DNA of 64,000 nt from Octopus vulgaris (Eukaryota). Below the pieces are notes generated by a model. The model was not told where the DNA came from. It searched no databases and was given only the letters and a program-made list of their open reading frames with translations. A program made the translations under genes and the position numbers. Positions 1 through 12,699 of the stretch are shown here, piece after piece. Location: positions 17,112,001 through 17,176,000 of the forward strand of contig OX597817.1 of assembly GCA_951406725.2 (NCBI GenBank), in the 5' to 3' direction. The stretch's first letter is position 1; each line of letters opens with the position of its first letter.

Positions 1-354
1 GTCTTTTATATCTTATCTTAATCATATGAAACCATTTAAAGGTGATTGAAATGAAGGAAAGAGAGCTGAGAATATAGCTTGAATATTAAAATCTACACTA
101 AGCTTACAGCTAATCTTCTAATCTCAAAATGTTTTTTTTTTTAAACTTATAAAGTGGGCTAATAGATTTCACACATAGCTTTTTGAGTATCCATGCAATA
201 CACACATGTACATGTGTGTGTATAAAATGTAATCATGGTGAGAGACTCGCTTAACTTAGTTACTACTTCAACATATATTTAGTAAAAGCCATCTTAACTA
301 GATTTTGTTCACAAGAAATACAGAATAAGAATTGATATTGAGTTTCTCAGCTGA

Positions 355-388
<34 letters not shown>

Positions 389-514
389 TTAAGTAGGTGA
401 ATGAATTATTCTATGTTTATCGTCAGCATGGAAAATTCGTTTAACCGAAACTTGTCTTCGAAACATATGTCGAGAGTAAAGGAATTTTGTTAACATCTTC
501 GTTCGACTCCATTC

Positions 515-518
<4 letters not shown>

Positions 519-586
<68 letters not shown>
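519..586. repeat. (TA)n microsatellite
   Basis: Directly visible; others at about 354-388, 741-770, 21577-21627 (CA/TA) and 38835-38860. Confidence 0.95.
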
Positions 587-588
<2 letters not shown>

Positions 589-736
589 TCATCATCATCG
601 TTTAACATCCGTTCTCCATGCTAGCATGGGTTGGACAGTTCGACTGAGGATCTGGGAAGCCAGAAGGCTGCACCAGACTCCAGTCTGATCTGGCAGTGTT
701 TCTACAGCTGGATGCCCTTCCTAACGCCAACCACTC

Positions 737-740
<4 letters not shown>
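587..740 (-). mobile_element. Family A: (GAT)n-tailed RTE-related retroposon 3' end
   Basis: ...GGAAGGGCATCCAGC...CCAACCCATGCTAGCATGG...TTAAACGATGATG; copies also at 10645(+), 18370(+), 27822(-), 30240(+), 30958(-), 35513(-), 41254(+), 44912(-), 45553(-), 47521(-), 48037(-), 48634(-), 51471(-), 53818(+), 56764(+), 57444(-). Confidence 0.85.
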
Positions 741-773
<33 letters not shown>

Positions 774-3171
774 CATCCATCCACTCCCCTAATTTACTGA
801 GTATTTTTTTCTTTCTACTAGCCAATACAAAACTAATATAATATTCACATGCACATTTATGTCACATATATATATATATGTGTGTGTGTGCATGTATGTA
901 ATCATTTTGACATGTTTACATAGGTCATACAAGATTCGCTGAGGCAATTTTTTTCCAGCCAGGTGCTCTTTCTGTTGCCAACCTTCACCTGTTTCCAAGC
1001 AAGGTCATATTTTCCCCTTGTTTGGACATTTTTTTTTTCACAGAATATTTCTAACAAATGATACTGTTAGTATGGCAATGCCATTTGTTTACAATTAGTA
1101 TACAATATCAAAACAAAGGGACACACACACACATATATACATACATAAATATGTACACACACACATACATGCATGCACAACGGGCTTCCTTTCAGTTTCC
1201 ATTAACCAAATTCACTGGGTTATTATTATACTATATGATTTTGATGTGTGTCCAATTGTTCGAACAAGTGGACAACCTACTCATTGAATAGGCATGGAGA
1301 ATGCCTGAGTATCTCACAGACTTACATACCTTTGTAATTCTCAATAAAATTAGCATAACAGTGTAACAAGGCTGAACTTTTGAGTTACCATCCAATGGAC
1401 TTGTACACAGTTTCTGTTTACCCGAATACCCTACAAAACTTGGGTTAACACAAGGGAATGGTAAAGGTACTGCTGAAGTGCCACACTTTGGAATTGAACC
1501 CAGGACTTCATGGTTGCACTCATCATATGATTGTGTGTGTGTGTGTGAATTTTTAGATTCATGCTAGTACAATACAATTTACCATTTAGAATTCTAGTTA
1601 TGATATACAAAATTGTAAATGATTGATATTATTAAATTTTACAAATGTATATAAAGTTGTTGATTTTGGTTTTACGGGGAGTTTTTGCTTCAATCTTAGT
1701 AATAAAACATATGGTAGTTGACCTGATTCCTGTACATCACCAAAAAAATAAAAATTAATATCACACTACATGCTGCTATAATAAATATTTTCAGCTTCAA
1801 AAACATCAAGGTACAGCTATTTTGTCAAATTATTTGATACTGGCAAGATTTGAAATCTAAAAGAAAAATGTGGCATTGAATAAAAATAGCTTTCTAAAGC
1901 CTGGAAATCTGGCTCTTTTACTCTACTCTTGTACCATTTCTTACCATGATTGTAAAATGTAACTGAAACGTTCTTTTTAAGACTGATCTTTGTTGTTGTT
2001 TTCGACTAAGCTAATATCTGATTGTAAATTGGATATCTTTTAAATGTTCAAATAATTGAAGTTTGTTATGGCCCCTCTCATGTGAACTGTGTTCACTTAT
2101 TCAACTTCTCTTCTTCAAAACAAAATGTTTTCTAAAGAAAATAAAAATGAAATAAATATTAATGACAATAATGTAAAACTTGTATTTTCTTTTCTTTTGT
2201 ATGTCTGCGAGTGCATGTGTGTTATAATATTCATTTACTTTTAAAGCTGGTTGAACCATTGTGGTTGCTTGACCTGCTAGCAGTAGCAGCTAAATCCCCT
2301 TCAAATCATGCCCTGCTGTCATGAAAAGTAAAGAAAACAAGGAAGGACATATTAGATAGTTCTAGGTATACTTGAATAAAAATACAGAATGCTTGTGGCT
2401 GGAATGGCTTTGATCAGTTTTAATCTATGTGTATTGATCCAAGGTTAAACAAGAGTGTCTAAACTGTTACCTATCTTTTATTATTGCAGTGTTTAGTGGG
2501 CCTTTCCTTGGATAAGACACCAGTCTTTCATATCACTTTCTTTTGACTTTTATTTCTTGTGCAAGACCAATAGATTACTGGTGAATTCTAAAGTGCAGTT
2601 GTTACTTACACTGGATTATACAACAGCTAAAACCTATAAAATGAATTTAATCCATCTCGTGGTGATTATATGACTTGGGTTATACAACAGCGACCTCAAG
2701 TTGGCTATGTTCAAAAGCAGTCCAGCTATAATTATCTCCTCCTTCCTTTATAATTTACATTGGACTATATCAGTGAATGTAACCTTCTTTCGCAAAGATA
2801 GTAATTTGCTGGAGATTTAGTTGGTATTTCTGCTAGATTCAGCAATTATTTATAGACTCCTATAAATTGTACTTGCTCCATCTCTGAGTTACTCAATAGA
2901 TATTTCTTTCATGTAATTAAAGTAACATCACTAGGTCTTTAATTTTAGTAAATCCAAACTAGTGCGTCAGTCCAATAATCTCTGTTGACCAATTAATATT
3001 TGGCTTTTCAAATTCAGTCTGGTTAAATTTAACTCCAGACAAGATGCAATGTTATTTTTGTCCCTTGTCATACCTCTGTCAAATTTTCAGTGCCATTTAT
3101 GATGTGGTAACCAAATTAAAACTCCGTAATAGATTTAATTTCACCACCTAAAAAATTAGTCAACTCCTTAA

Positions 3172-3391
3172 CCCTTTAGTGTTCAGATTACTCTGTTAAA
3201 TGTAATAATTTTTCACTCAAATTGTTTTGAATTAATCATACATTATCTTATAGCTTTGAGGTTTCAATGATTTGATTGTTTGTTTTTAGAATATCAATGT
3301 AGGTTAGGTGTGAGAGGCTAGATATCGTCCGTTTGAATGTAAAACATGTAGAATATCTGGGCCACATATGGCCGGTTTAAACACTAAAGGG
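3172..3391. mobile_element. piggyBac-type MITE (second family)
   Basis: TTAA TSDs; TIR CCCTTTAGTGTT / AACACTAAAGGG. Confidence 0.85.
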
Positions 3392-3619
3392 TTAAATGTG
3401 TGCCATAAAAAGTAGATTTTGAATTTAGTAATAACTCTCTGGTCTGTAAGTCAAAAGTTCTTAATCTGACAATATGTAAGGATGTTGGGATTGCAATCAT
3501 GAGATTGTGAGTTCAATTTTTGAACTGAGAAATGCATCATGTCTCTGTGCAAGGCACTTCATTTCATGTTACTCTAGTCTGTTCACTTGTAATCAGAACC
3601 AAACAAGTGCTGGTGTAAT

Positions 3620-4230
3620 CTTTTCTCCCACCAGCTATTGTCACATCTTAGGTGCTCTGCTAGTTTAGGGATAAAGCTCCAAGAAAGTGTCTATCTCTGT
3701 TATCAATAACATTAGTTGCCTAAAAATAATTAGAAGAAGCATGGTGTTACCAAGTTAGACACACTCATGAGTGATGGCTATGGTTTGGTAACTTGATAAT
3801 ATTCTTTGACAGATGGGCAGAAATATGAAGTAAAATAATCTTAGAACACTGTTCTGATGATCCATGTCTTTTTATTTATCACATATCAGGAACATAAGAC
3901 TTAAACTAGCCTTTTATAGGTTACTGATGTCTCAGAATAGTAAACAGCCAATGACCTGAGATTTTTATATTTCTTGAAGCATAACCACCAAGTAGGGGAA
4001 CTATGCAATCTCTGACAGTCTTGGACCCTAGTACAGTTTTACTTCAGAAACATGAGTTTGTTTTGGTATTTGATTCCAAAACGGGTCTCCCATCTACACT
4101 CAGAATTTACTGCAGTGAGTCCTCTCCTTCATCAATATTTTTCAATAAAGCTAGATCACCACAAATATCAAATTCGTCCTTCACAGCTATATCAGAACAA
4201 TGTTTCTGATGTATAAGAACATCATCAAGG
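3620..4230 (-). mobile_element. Tigger/pogo DDE transposase remnant
   Basis: Stop-interrupted frame with NKKTWIIRTVF*DYFTSYFCPSVKE, resembling Tigger (NKKAWMTRxxFxDWFxxxFxPxVK). Confidence 0.5.
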
Positions 4231-4619
4231 TTTAACGGGAGCCAGTCAGGCAGCACTGGCATTGGTCACATTCAGATGGTACTTTTTACGTATCACTGGC
4301 ACAGGAGCCAGTCTGGTGGCACTGGCATTGACTACGTTTGGATGGTGCTTTTTATGTGCCACTGGCAAAGGAGCCAGTCAAGGCACTGGCCATGGCTATG
4401 ATTTGGGTTTTACTTAACTCAACAGGTCTTCTCAAGCATATCATATCACCAGATGCATCAAGGGTACTTTTAAATGGGCCAGACATGCAACATAATTTGC
4501 TGGTGTAGATAAAGTATAGTCAAACTAGAATTAGAGATGCACAAAGTAATGTTGAATAAAATAGATGCATGTACAATTATATTTAACACATTCATGTACA
4601 CTTGAACATGAGAAGACCT

Positions 4620-6000
4620 TTCACTGCAGAAATAGTTTCAAGAGAAATTTCTACTTGTATTCAACATGTATATATGTCTGTTGTAGAACCAAAGAGAAGG
4701 CATGAGAATATGCTCTGAATAAGTGTGTGTTTAGGGTTTTGAGTAAGCATGCTGTGTAAAATCATGTAGGTGTATTTTCTGATGTGTGGGTGGTTTGAAT
4801 AATGCATAATTGTGTATGGGTAGGATCTACCCATCTGCAAGGAGATGAGGTGAAATCAAATTAGTGGGTTTGTAAAATACAGAGATTGAGAAGTTGGTGA
4901 GATACCCCAGAATTTAATAGAGTTGGTATGAAGTCTAGGGCGGTTTGGAAGAAGTTGCCAACAATGATGAAAAAGTCAAGCTGGTCAAGGATAAAAGTTT
5001 TAAAAAGTGTTGTCAAAGTTTGGTGAAGATTTAGTCTTTAACAAATAATTTGGCATTACTGGAGCCCATTCTGGATCCCATGGCTATCCCAGTTATCTGC
5101 TGATAAAAGTTACTGAAAACGAAGAAGCAGAAGAAAGTGAAGACAGGAATAGTTACACGGAGGAAGGTAGAGATACTGAGTTCAAGCATGGTATGATCAA
5201 GGAAGTATTTTAAGAGGAAATCACTATTGTGGGAGATGACAGTACAGAGAGATTAATGCTTATAGTGATAAAAAGTAAAAGCTAGGAGAGGTTCAGAAGA
5301 AAAGAAGAATGTGTTGAAATAGTGGAGGATGTTGTGAATATGTGATGGAATGAGAAAAAAACTATCTTATAGACTTAGAGATGAGTTCAGTGGGAAAGTT
5401 GCAGGCAGAAACGATGGAGTGACTGGGTTGTTGGTTCTATGGATCTCAAGGAATATGTAAATAGCAGAGGTAGATTTACAGTAAGTGGGCATTGTTGGTG
5501 GCTGTTGAAGAAAATGAGTTGGCAGAGTATGAATGGTGGGTACATGCTGTTGGATGCAGGAGTGGATATGGTCAGGAAGCAATGTAGTTTGAATAGAGAA
5601 CTGAAGAGCTATCAAAGTGCCTTAGCCCTGTAGGGATGAGCTCACCATACAATTATAGAACCACTGATGTTGGTAGGCTTGAAGATAAAGCCATGTTGGT
5701 ATCGAAGATAACATGGTGAAGAGTTCAATCCAGGAGATTTTGAGGCAGTTTGTGGATCTAAAAAAAGGTATTCAGCATCATGTGTTGCAGGAATCACTGG
5801 ATGTCAGCCCGGAAATGAGGGATGTGAAGTGGTGACCTGTGCTAAAGATGGAATAATCTATGTCAGAGACAGGAGGGTGATAGGTGGTGGGTAGAGTAAC
5901 AGTGGCATGTGATGTGTAATAGGGAGTGCAGTAAATGCGGGGACAGTGAGGGAAGTAGGGATTAAGTTAAGGAACACACGCACGCACACTGGATGGAAGG
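4620..6000 (-). mobile_element. Penelope-like retroelement remnant
   Basis: - strand near 5040-5120 reads FYQQITGIAMGSRMGSSNAKLFV, the Penelope RT motif QxxGxAMGSxxxPxxANLF; heavily decayed, boundaries approximate. Confidence 0.7.
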
Positions 6001-6457
6001 AATATGAGGAGAAATTGAATAGCAGAAGGAGCTTACAGAGAAATGAGATTAGTAAGAAGTGATCAAGAATATAAGGGAAATGGCTAATATCTGGAATTGA
6101 GGTGAAAGGGGATGGAGAGAATTATATAATAGAGAAAGTTGGGTTAGTTGGAACACATTTCACAAAAACAAAAGACCTTTACTTTCAACATAATTACATT
6201 GGGCACATAACAAGTGGAGCAGTGGAATGATAATAAGGTTTGCAGAGAAAGTAGTATTTGTATGCAAGAGATGCACAGAAGCCATAAAAAGTACAGATAG
6301 TCAGGAAATTGATTTTCTTAAATGCCCCAGAGGTTCTTAAGAGGTAGTGGATAATTTCTGCTACCCAGGGGACCTAATTAGCAGTGGGATAGGGTGTATA
6401 GAAAATGTATTCACTAGAATAAGAATAGGATAGAGAAAATTCAGAGTGTTTTTATCT

Positions 6458-7245
6458 CTGTTGGCAACCAAAGGTCTCTCTCTCTCTTTCTCTCAGTGAA
6501 AGCAAAATTGTATGATGCATGTATACGAATAACAATGCTGCATGGTAGTGAAAAGTAGGTCTTGGATACAGAGGACATGCAAAGGTTAGAGAAGAAGGAA
6601 GCTAGTATGTTTCACTAAATGTGCAATTTCAATGTACATATGCAACAGAGTACTTGTGTATTGAAAGAAAAGTTAGGCACTAGAGGAATTAGATGCAGTG
6701 TGCAAGGAGAAAACTGTACTGGTTTGGTTATGTGATGCATAAGGATGTAGAGAGCTGTGTACAGAAGTGCCAATCACTTAAAGTGGATGGAAAGAGAAAG
6801 ACCCAGAAAGACATCAGATGAGGTACTGAAAGCTGATCTCAAGACACTGAGCCTTACAAAGGACTGAGATATCTGGCACATTGCTGAACTCAAAAAGATC
6901 CATCCACTACAGCAGAATTGATACCGGTGCTAGTATCACACAAAAAGCATTGTTGAGCTCATCCCTGCAGGGCTAAGGCACTTTGATAGCTCTTCAGTTC
7001 TCTATTCAAACTATATTGCTTCCTGACCAACATATCTACTCCTGCATCCAACAGCATGTACTCACCATTCATATTCTGCCAACTCATTTCCTTCTACAGC
7101 CACCAGTACACTTTGTAAAGTGGTTGGTGTTAGAAAGTGAATCCTACTGTAGAAACCATGCCAGAACAGACGATGTTAAGCCATCCAACCTATGCCAGCA
7201 TAGAAAACAGATGTTAAATGATGATGATGATAATGATGATGATGG
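6458..7245 (+). mobile_element. RTE-clade LINE 3' fragment ending in the (GAT)n-tailed repeat
   Basis: LLATKGLSL..KAKLYDACIR.TMLHGSE...WFGYVMH...RPRKT (RTE RT C-terminus) followed by the family A tail. Confidence 0.75.
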
Positions 7246-7699
7246 TGATTCGTGATGTATGATAAACTCAGCAAACAAGTTCAGCAGAGGCTTAAAGAAA
7301 TTCCTGAAAAAGTCACTTTTGTGACCTAAATTTAGACATTGCTACTTGCCCCACAGTGGGGTATGTTGTAACATGCTGTGAAGCACCTTATAGTATAATA
7401 TATAATTATAGGACAACTTAAGAATTATATTAGCATAGTTTCAATTTTCAATACCAGTGATCAAGTCAACCAGAACCATCTGGCTTAAATCTCCTAATGG
7501 TAAGTTTATCAGATAATTATGACAAGGCATCATTATCCCTTTGGTTTGTCACCCATAAACAAGGTTTATTTTTCACAAGATGGCTTTGTATTTACTCTGG
7601 TTTACAGTCCTATAGACCAACAGGAAACACAATTTTATGAAGACAATGTTTTGTTCTTTTATAACTGTGCAGAGCAATCAGAATAAATGCCATACCCTC

Positions 7700-9250
7700 A
7701 TATTAATGCGTGCATATTTCATTATCATCTGACATTGTGCATTTTGTGCACACAAAAACCTTTGCTCAGAATACATTTCAAAGTTTTATTTGTTACTCTA
7801 CCATTTCATCAACCAGTACAACATAATAGTACACTTTTTTTACCTGCCACCAAAACACACAAGAACATAATCCCCCACCCCAGCATTTGAAACATTCTTG
7901 TTTCTTTGCAGATGCTCACTATCAGATTCTTCCTCCTCATCGGATATATGTCCATAGAAACATCACATTCTTCACTACTGTTCTCACTCTCAGCCTCACA
8001 GTGGAGTCTTCAAATAACTAGTTTATTTTAAACTTTCTTTTGATCTTTCATTCTGTTTTCACCATGCTTTGCAATTTTCCAATTGCTGGAGAATAATTGG
8101 TTTTTTCCTACCTTTTCTATTCTTTGAGGTAGCTTTAATGAAAAGATAGTTATTCTCTGGCTTTAAGAAACCTGTTTTGAGTCTGTGAGGTAAGTGCTAT
8201 AGAACTGGTTGTTGCATTTTCTATTATGGCCAAATCTTCATCACTCTTTAACTCTTTTGATACCAACCCACCTGAAACCATCTCTGGCTCTATTGTACAA
8301 ATGTCTTGTTTTCAAAACTAAAGAATTAAAATCTTCCATCAAACCTTAGCCACAATTTATGTTCCTAACACTAGCTTAATGATAACTAAGTTATTTTACT
8401 AAATTCTTTGTTATATTTAAAATTAATTGAAAGAAACACAGAGCATCTCAACAGAAATAGGGTAACAAAAGGGTTAAAGCATAATTTGTCACAAAAGAGA
8501 AGAAATCATCATCACTGAAGGTATTCCAGTCTAGAGGATAAATGACTGACATTCTAAAACCTGATTGGATGTTGGTAGAAATTATGGCTTCAAGAGATAT
8601 CTTCCCAATTATTCCTGGAATTTCATATATCACCAAAGCATTGGTAATAGAGTTGTATTGGCTTTTGAATGGCCCAAAACAGTTCCAAAAGTGATTCCAA
8701 TTTCAGTGCTACTCCATTTACTTTAGGCACAGTGAAAGACCTTTATGCTGGTGTGGCTCTCATAATTATTATATATCAATAGCATTTTTCTAGAATCCTG
8801 TTAATGTGTGCCACAAAATACTTCATGAAAATGAAAAATTTTCTATCATTCAACTCAAAAAAATCAAGAAGTTCCTCACTTCCCTCACTCTGCTGATACT
8901 ATGATCCCAATCTGTTGATTACCATTTTCATCGATGATTTTTCCTGGCTCCTGCTTTGTCCTTCCTCCTCATTCATTAAGATTCCAGATTTTATCTGGAG
9001 TGGAGCCATACCCCTTGACAACAGTTTCATAAATATTGAAAAAAAAAACAGGTTACATTATGATTGAAGCCTTAAGTGTCTTCTTTGAAATATTCTCATG
9101 TTTCTTAATAAAATGATGCAGTCAATCTATGCCTACACTTTCATTCTCCCACCAAGACTAAGGCATCTCCAGATAAAGCTGACTTGCATATTCAAATGCC
9201 AAACATGTGACCTTTTTTTTTTCAGTTTAAATGCTTTTAAGTGTACTGTT
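7700..9250 (-). mobile_element. pogo-type (DDE-1) transposon remnant
   Basis: IYEIPGIIGKISLEAIISTNIQSGFRMSVIYPLDWNTFSDDDF matches the post-catalytic region of pogo/DDE-1 transposases; interrupted by a MITE. Confidence 0.65.
8252..8473. mobile_element. piggyBac-type MITE
   Basis: TTAA on both sides; TIR CTCTTTTGATACC / GGTAACAAAAGGG. Confidence 0.8.
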
Positions 9251-9368
9251 ATAAATGCTACTATATGTGCCAATGTTCTTATGATAATGGGTTTTATTAG
9301 AACATGTTTTACTTAACTCCTTTTATAATGTTCCAGTCAGCATTTTACAAATCTGAACAGACAAATTA

Positions 9369-10643
9369 TTAGGTTGTCAAGAAAGTTCTTGCGATTTTTA
9401 ACCTTTAAATTCAGATGCACATATCTCAGCTCAAGCAAAACTTTATTAATCGAAATAAACACCATCAGAATCAACACACTTTTGCCAACATGAAACAAGT
9501 TTATTTATGCCAATAGCATAAAAATCCTGTGTTCTGGTGGTGATGAAGTCGTTGAAGGTGTGTTTGGCATTGTCTTGGTTTTCGAAGCATTTCTCATGCA
9601 GGAAGTTGTCGAGATACTTGAAAAAGTGGTAGTCAGTAGGCGAGAGGTCTGGTGAGTATGGCAGATGAGGCAGAGTTTTGTAGCCTGATTTGTTCAACTT
9701 CTGCAGGGTCAGTTGTGTGACATGTGGCCAAGCATTGTCGGGGGGAAGAATTGGTCCTTTTCAATTAACCAATGCTGGCTGTTGTTGTCAGAGTTTCTTA
9801 TGCATTTCATCCATTTGCTGACAGTACTTCTCCGCCGTAATGGTTTCGCCTGAATCCAAAAAGCTGTGATGGATGAGACTGGCTACAGACCACCAAACAG
9901 TCATCATGACCTTCTTTTGGTGCAACTTTGGCTTCAGGAAGTGCCGTGTAGCTTTGTCGACGTCCAACCACTGAGCTGAGCATTGCTGGTTGTTGTAAAG
10001 AATCCACTTCCCATTGCAAGTCACAATCCGGTCGAGAAACAGGTCGTTCTTGTTGAGAGAAGATGACACTTCAAAACAGCGTTTTTTTGGTTGTCGTTCA
10101 ATTTGTGCAGCACCCATTTCTCAAGTATTTTTATTTTTCTAATCTCTTTCAAGTGGTTGGAAATTGTCGTTTACATTATGTCTAATTCAGAAGCAAGCTC
10201 TCAAACAGTTGTGTGTGGATTGGCTTTGACTAAGGCTCTTAGTTGATCGTTGTCAACATCTAATGGCCGACCACTACGCTTATCATCTTCAAGACTCTCG
10301 TCACTGCTACAAAATTTCTTGAACCACCATTGTGCTGTACATTCATTAGTGGTTCCTGGACCAAATGCATCATTGATATTGCGAGCTGTTTCAGCAGCTT
10401 TTCAGCCTAGCTTGAACTGGAATAAGAAAATTGTGTGAATTTGCTTTTTGTCCATGTTGTATTCAACATTCCAGAAAAAATGGCCTAATTATTCATAAAG
10501 AAAAGAGTAACATGATTAGATAGAGTGGAAAACAGACTTTAAAATGATGCATAAAGTCAAAGTAATTTAATGAAAATTAATTTGAAAATACATCATTTAA
10601 AACCAAAATTTAAAATTCCAGAAGAACTTTCTTGACAACCTAA
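9369..10643 (-). mobile_element. Full-length decayed mariner (cecropia/Hsmar1-like) DNA transposon
   Basis: TIRs TTAGGTTGTCAAGAAAGTTCTT at both ends, TA TSDs, 1275 bp; contains transposase remnants. Confidence 0.95.
9446..10455 (-). pseudogene. Mariner transposase pseudogene
   Basis: MDKKQIHTIFLFQFKLG*KAAETARNINDAFGPG..., TCNGKW (for TxDEKW), DNAWPH, PYSPDLSPTDYH; stops and frameshifts. Confidence 0.93.
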
Positions 10644-10644
10644 T

Positions 10645-10884
10645 ATTCACCAACCGATCATGGATGCTGCCAGCCTCCCCTGGCACGTAAAAAGCACCCA
10701 CTACACTCATGGAGTGGTTGGAATTAGGAAGGGCATCCAGCTGTAGAAACACTGCCAGATCAGACTGGAGCCTGGTTCAGATCAGACTGGAGATCACTGC
10801 CAGATCAGACTGGAGCCGGTCGAACCGTCCAACCCATGCTAGCATGGAAAACGGACGTTAAACGATGATGATGATGATGATGAT
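10645..10884 (+). mobile_element. Family A copy abutting the mariner TIR, with internal tandem duplications
   Basis: CAGATCAGACTGGAG occurs three times; (GAT)n tail. Confidence 0.85.
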
Positions 10885-11844
10885 GTTCCTATTACTTTCT
10901 GCTTAACAATCAACACACAAAAGCAGTCATTTCTGACTAAAGTGTTTACTAAACAAACTGAATGTGTCTAACAAGAGAAAATTTTTCTTTAAGATGTGAA
11001 AAATACAGAAAACTTTCTCTATGTTTAATACCTCTGACATCAACTTACCAACAAAGAGAATATAAGAAGCTACATAGATAATATAAGATGCTTTCACCAG
11101 ATGGCAACACCAGTCAACACTAGACTCTTTGTTTTTGTTGGAAAAGAGAAGGTTCGACTTGCCCCATATTCTAATTAATCCCACTTTTCCCTCTAATGAA
11201 AATCCAGAGTCTGAGGAAGCTGATGGTAACCTGTATCGGCAAAAAGTAACCAGTAAATGAGTTTGTAGGGGAGTTTAGGGAATTGATTTGCCATGAGGAG
11301 TGAAGCATTTCAAGAACTTGTTCTTCATTGGGAGACAGAGAGAAATAGAGAGAGGAAGAGCGAGAGAGAGAGAGAGAGAGAGAAGGATAGAGAGAAAATT
11401 GTTATTGTTTTGGTCTCAAAATTTCAGTCTATGACAGAAGGAGGTGATGGGAGTGGAAGGTGGAATCATAAACAAGAAACAAGAACTTAAGTTCTGTTTT
11501 GACAATCTTATGTAGTCCATTCATAGGAGATTATCCGCTTATCACTGTTGGTTTTGTTGTTATTTTGGCCTTGAACTATAATGAATGGCAATCTGTCAGT
11601 GACAAACTCTTTTCCTTCCTTTTCAAGCAAAGTGTGTCTGGGACTACACTACCCAATCTGTTCTGCATATGCGGGGAGAGTTGGTTGCTATTTCTATCAG
11701 ACCAACCAACTACATAAGGGTTCCCTTGCTTGTTGATTAATCTGAGACCATCCTTGATTGTGAAGACATGATGAAAAGTATTCCATCAATGACCATTCTG
11801 TCTTTTTGTTCCAGTCATAGAGTATCTGAGACAACACTATGTAA

Positions 11845-12077
11845 AAGGCAGCGAGCTGGCAGAAATGTTAGCATGCCGGGTGAAATGCGTAGCCGTATTT
11901 CGTCAGCCGTTACATTCTGAGTTCAAATTCCGCCGAGGTCGACTTTGCCTTTCATCCTTTCGGGGTCGATAAATTAAGTACCTGTTACGCACTGGGGCTG
12001 ATGTAATCAACTTAATCCGTTTTTTTGTCCTTGTTAGTTCCCTCTGTGTTTAGCCCCTTGTGGGTAGTAAAGAAATA
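11845..12077 (+). mobile_element. SINE family C (Meta-domain-like core CCGAGGTCGACTTTGCCTTTCATCCTTTCGGGGTCGATAAA)
   Basis: Full copy with ACTATGT TSD; further copies at 21913-22140(-), 23650-23843(+), 24074-24529(+, nested), 26181-26392(-), 36061-36290(-), 39187-39418(-) and many decayed ones. Confidence 0.85.
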
Positions 12078-12699
12078 ACTATGTTATATAGAAACCCTTG
12101 TAAATTGTCGTTTAGGCCCAAGCCCTGGTGGAGCAGATCTTTGATGATCAAAAACATTCCAGCTATGATTGTCCAACCTGTTTGTATACCAAGTAATACT
12201 TTGCCCAAAATTTCATTTTTTTTTTTTATTTAAGAGAGTAGATGTGATTTGATGGAGATTTGGCTGCTATTTCTAATAGGTCAAGTGACCCCGTGAAAGC
12301 TCTCTTGTGGTCTCAAGGATTGATCTGAGGAATTCTGATATAAATTTAAGCTGATTTCATTTTATGATCTTTCAGTACAGCAAGGGTGTACTATACTCTT
12401 GCATATCAAAATTTAAATTTTTGTTGGCACAAAGCCAGCCATTTTGAGAAAGTAGGCAGGTTTAGTTGATTCCATCAACTTTAGGACTTGACTGGCATTT
12501 TAATTCATCGACCCCCAAAGCAAAGTTAACATTGGTGAGGTTTGAACTTAGGAGGGAAAGAACTGGAATAAATACCACCAGGTATTTTGTTTGATGTTCC
12601 AGTGATTCTGTTAAATTTTCTAATATATTTATAAAACTATTTAGTTTAATAAAATATAACTTGAAATTTGAAAATATATTTATGAAGTTAAGATAATAA

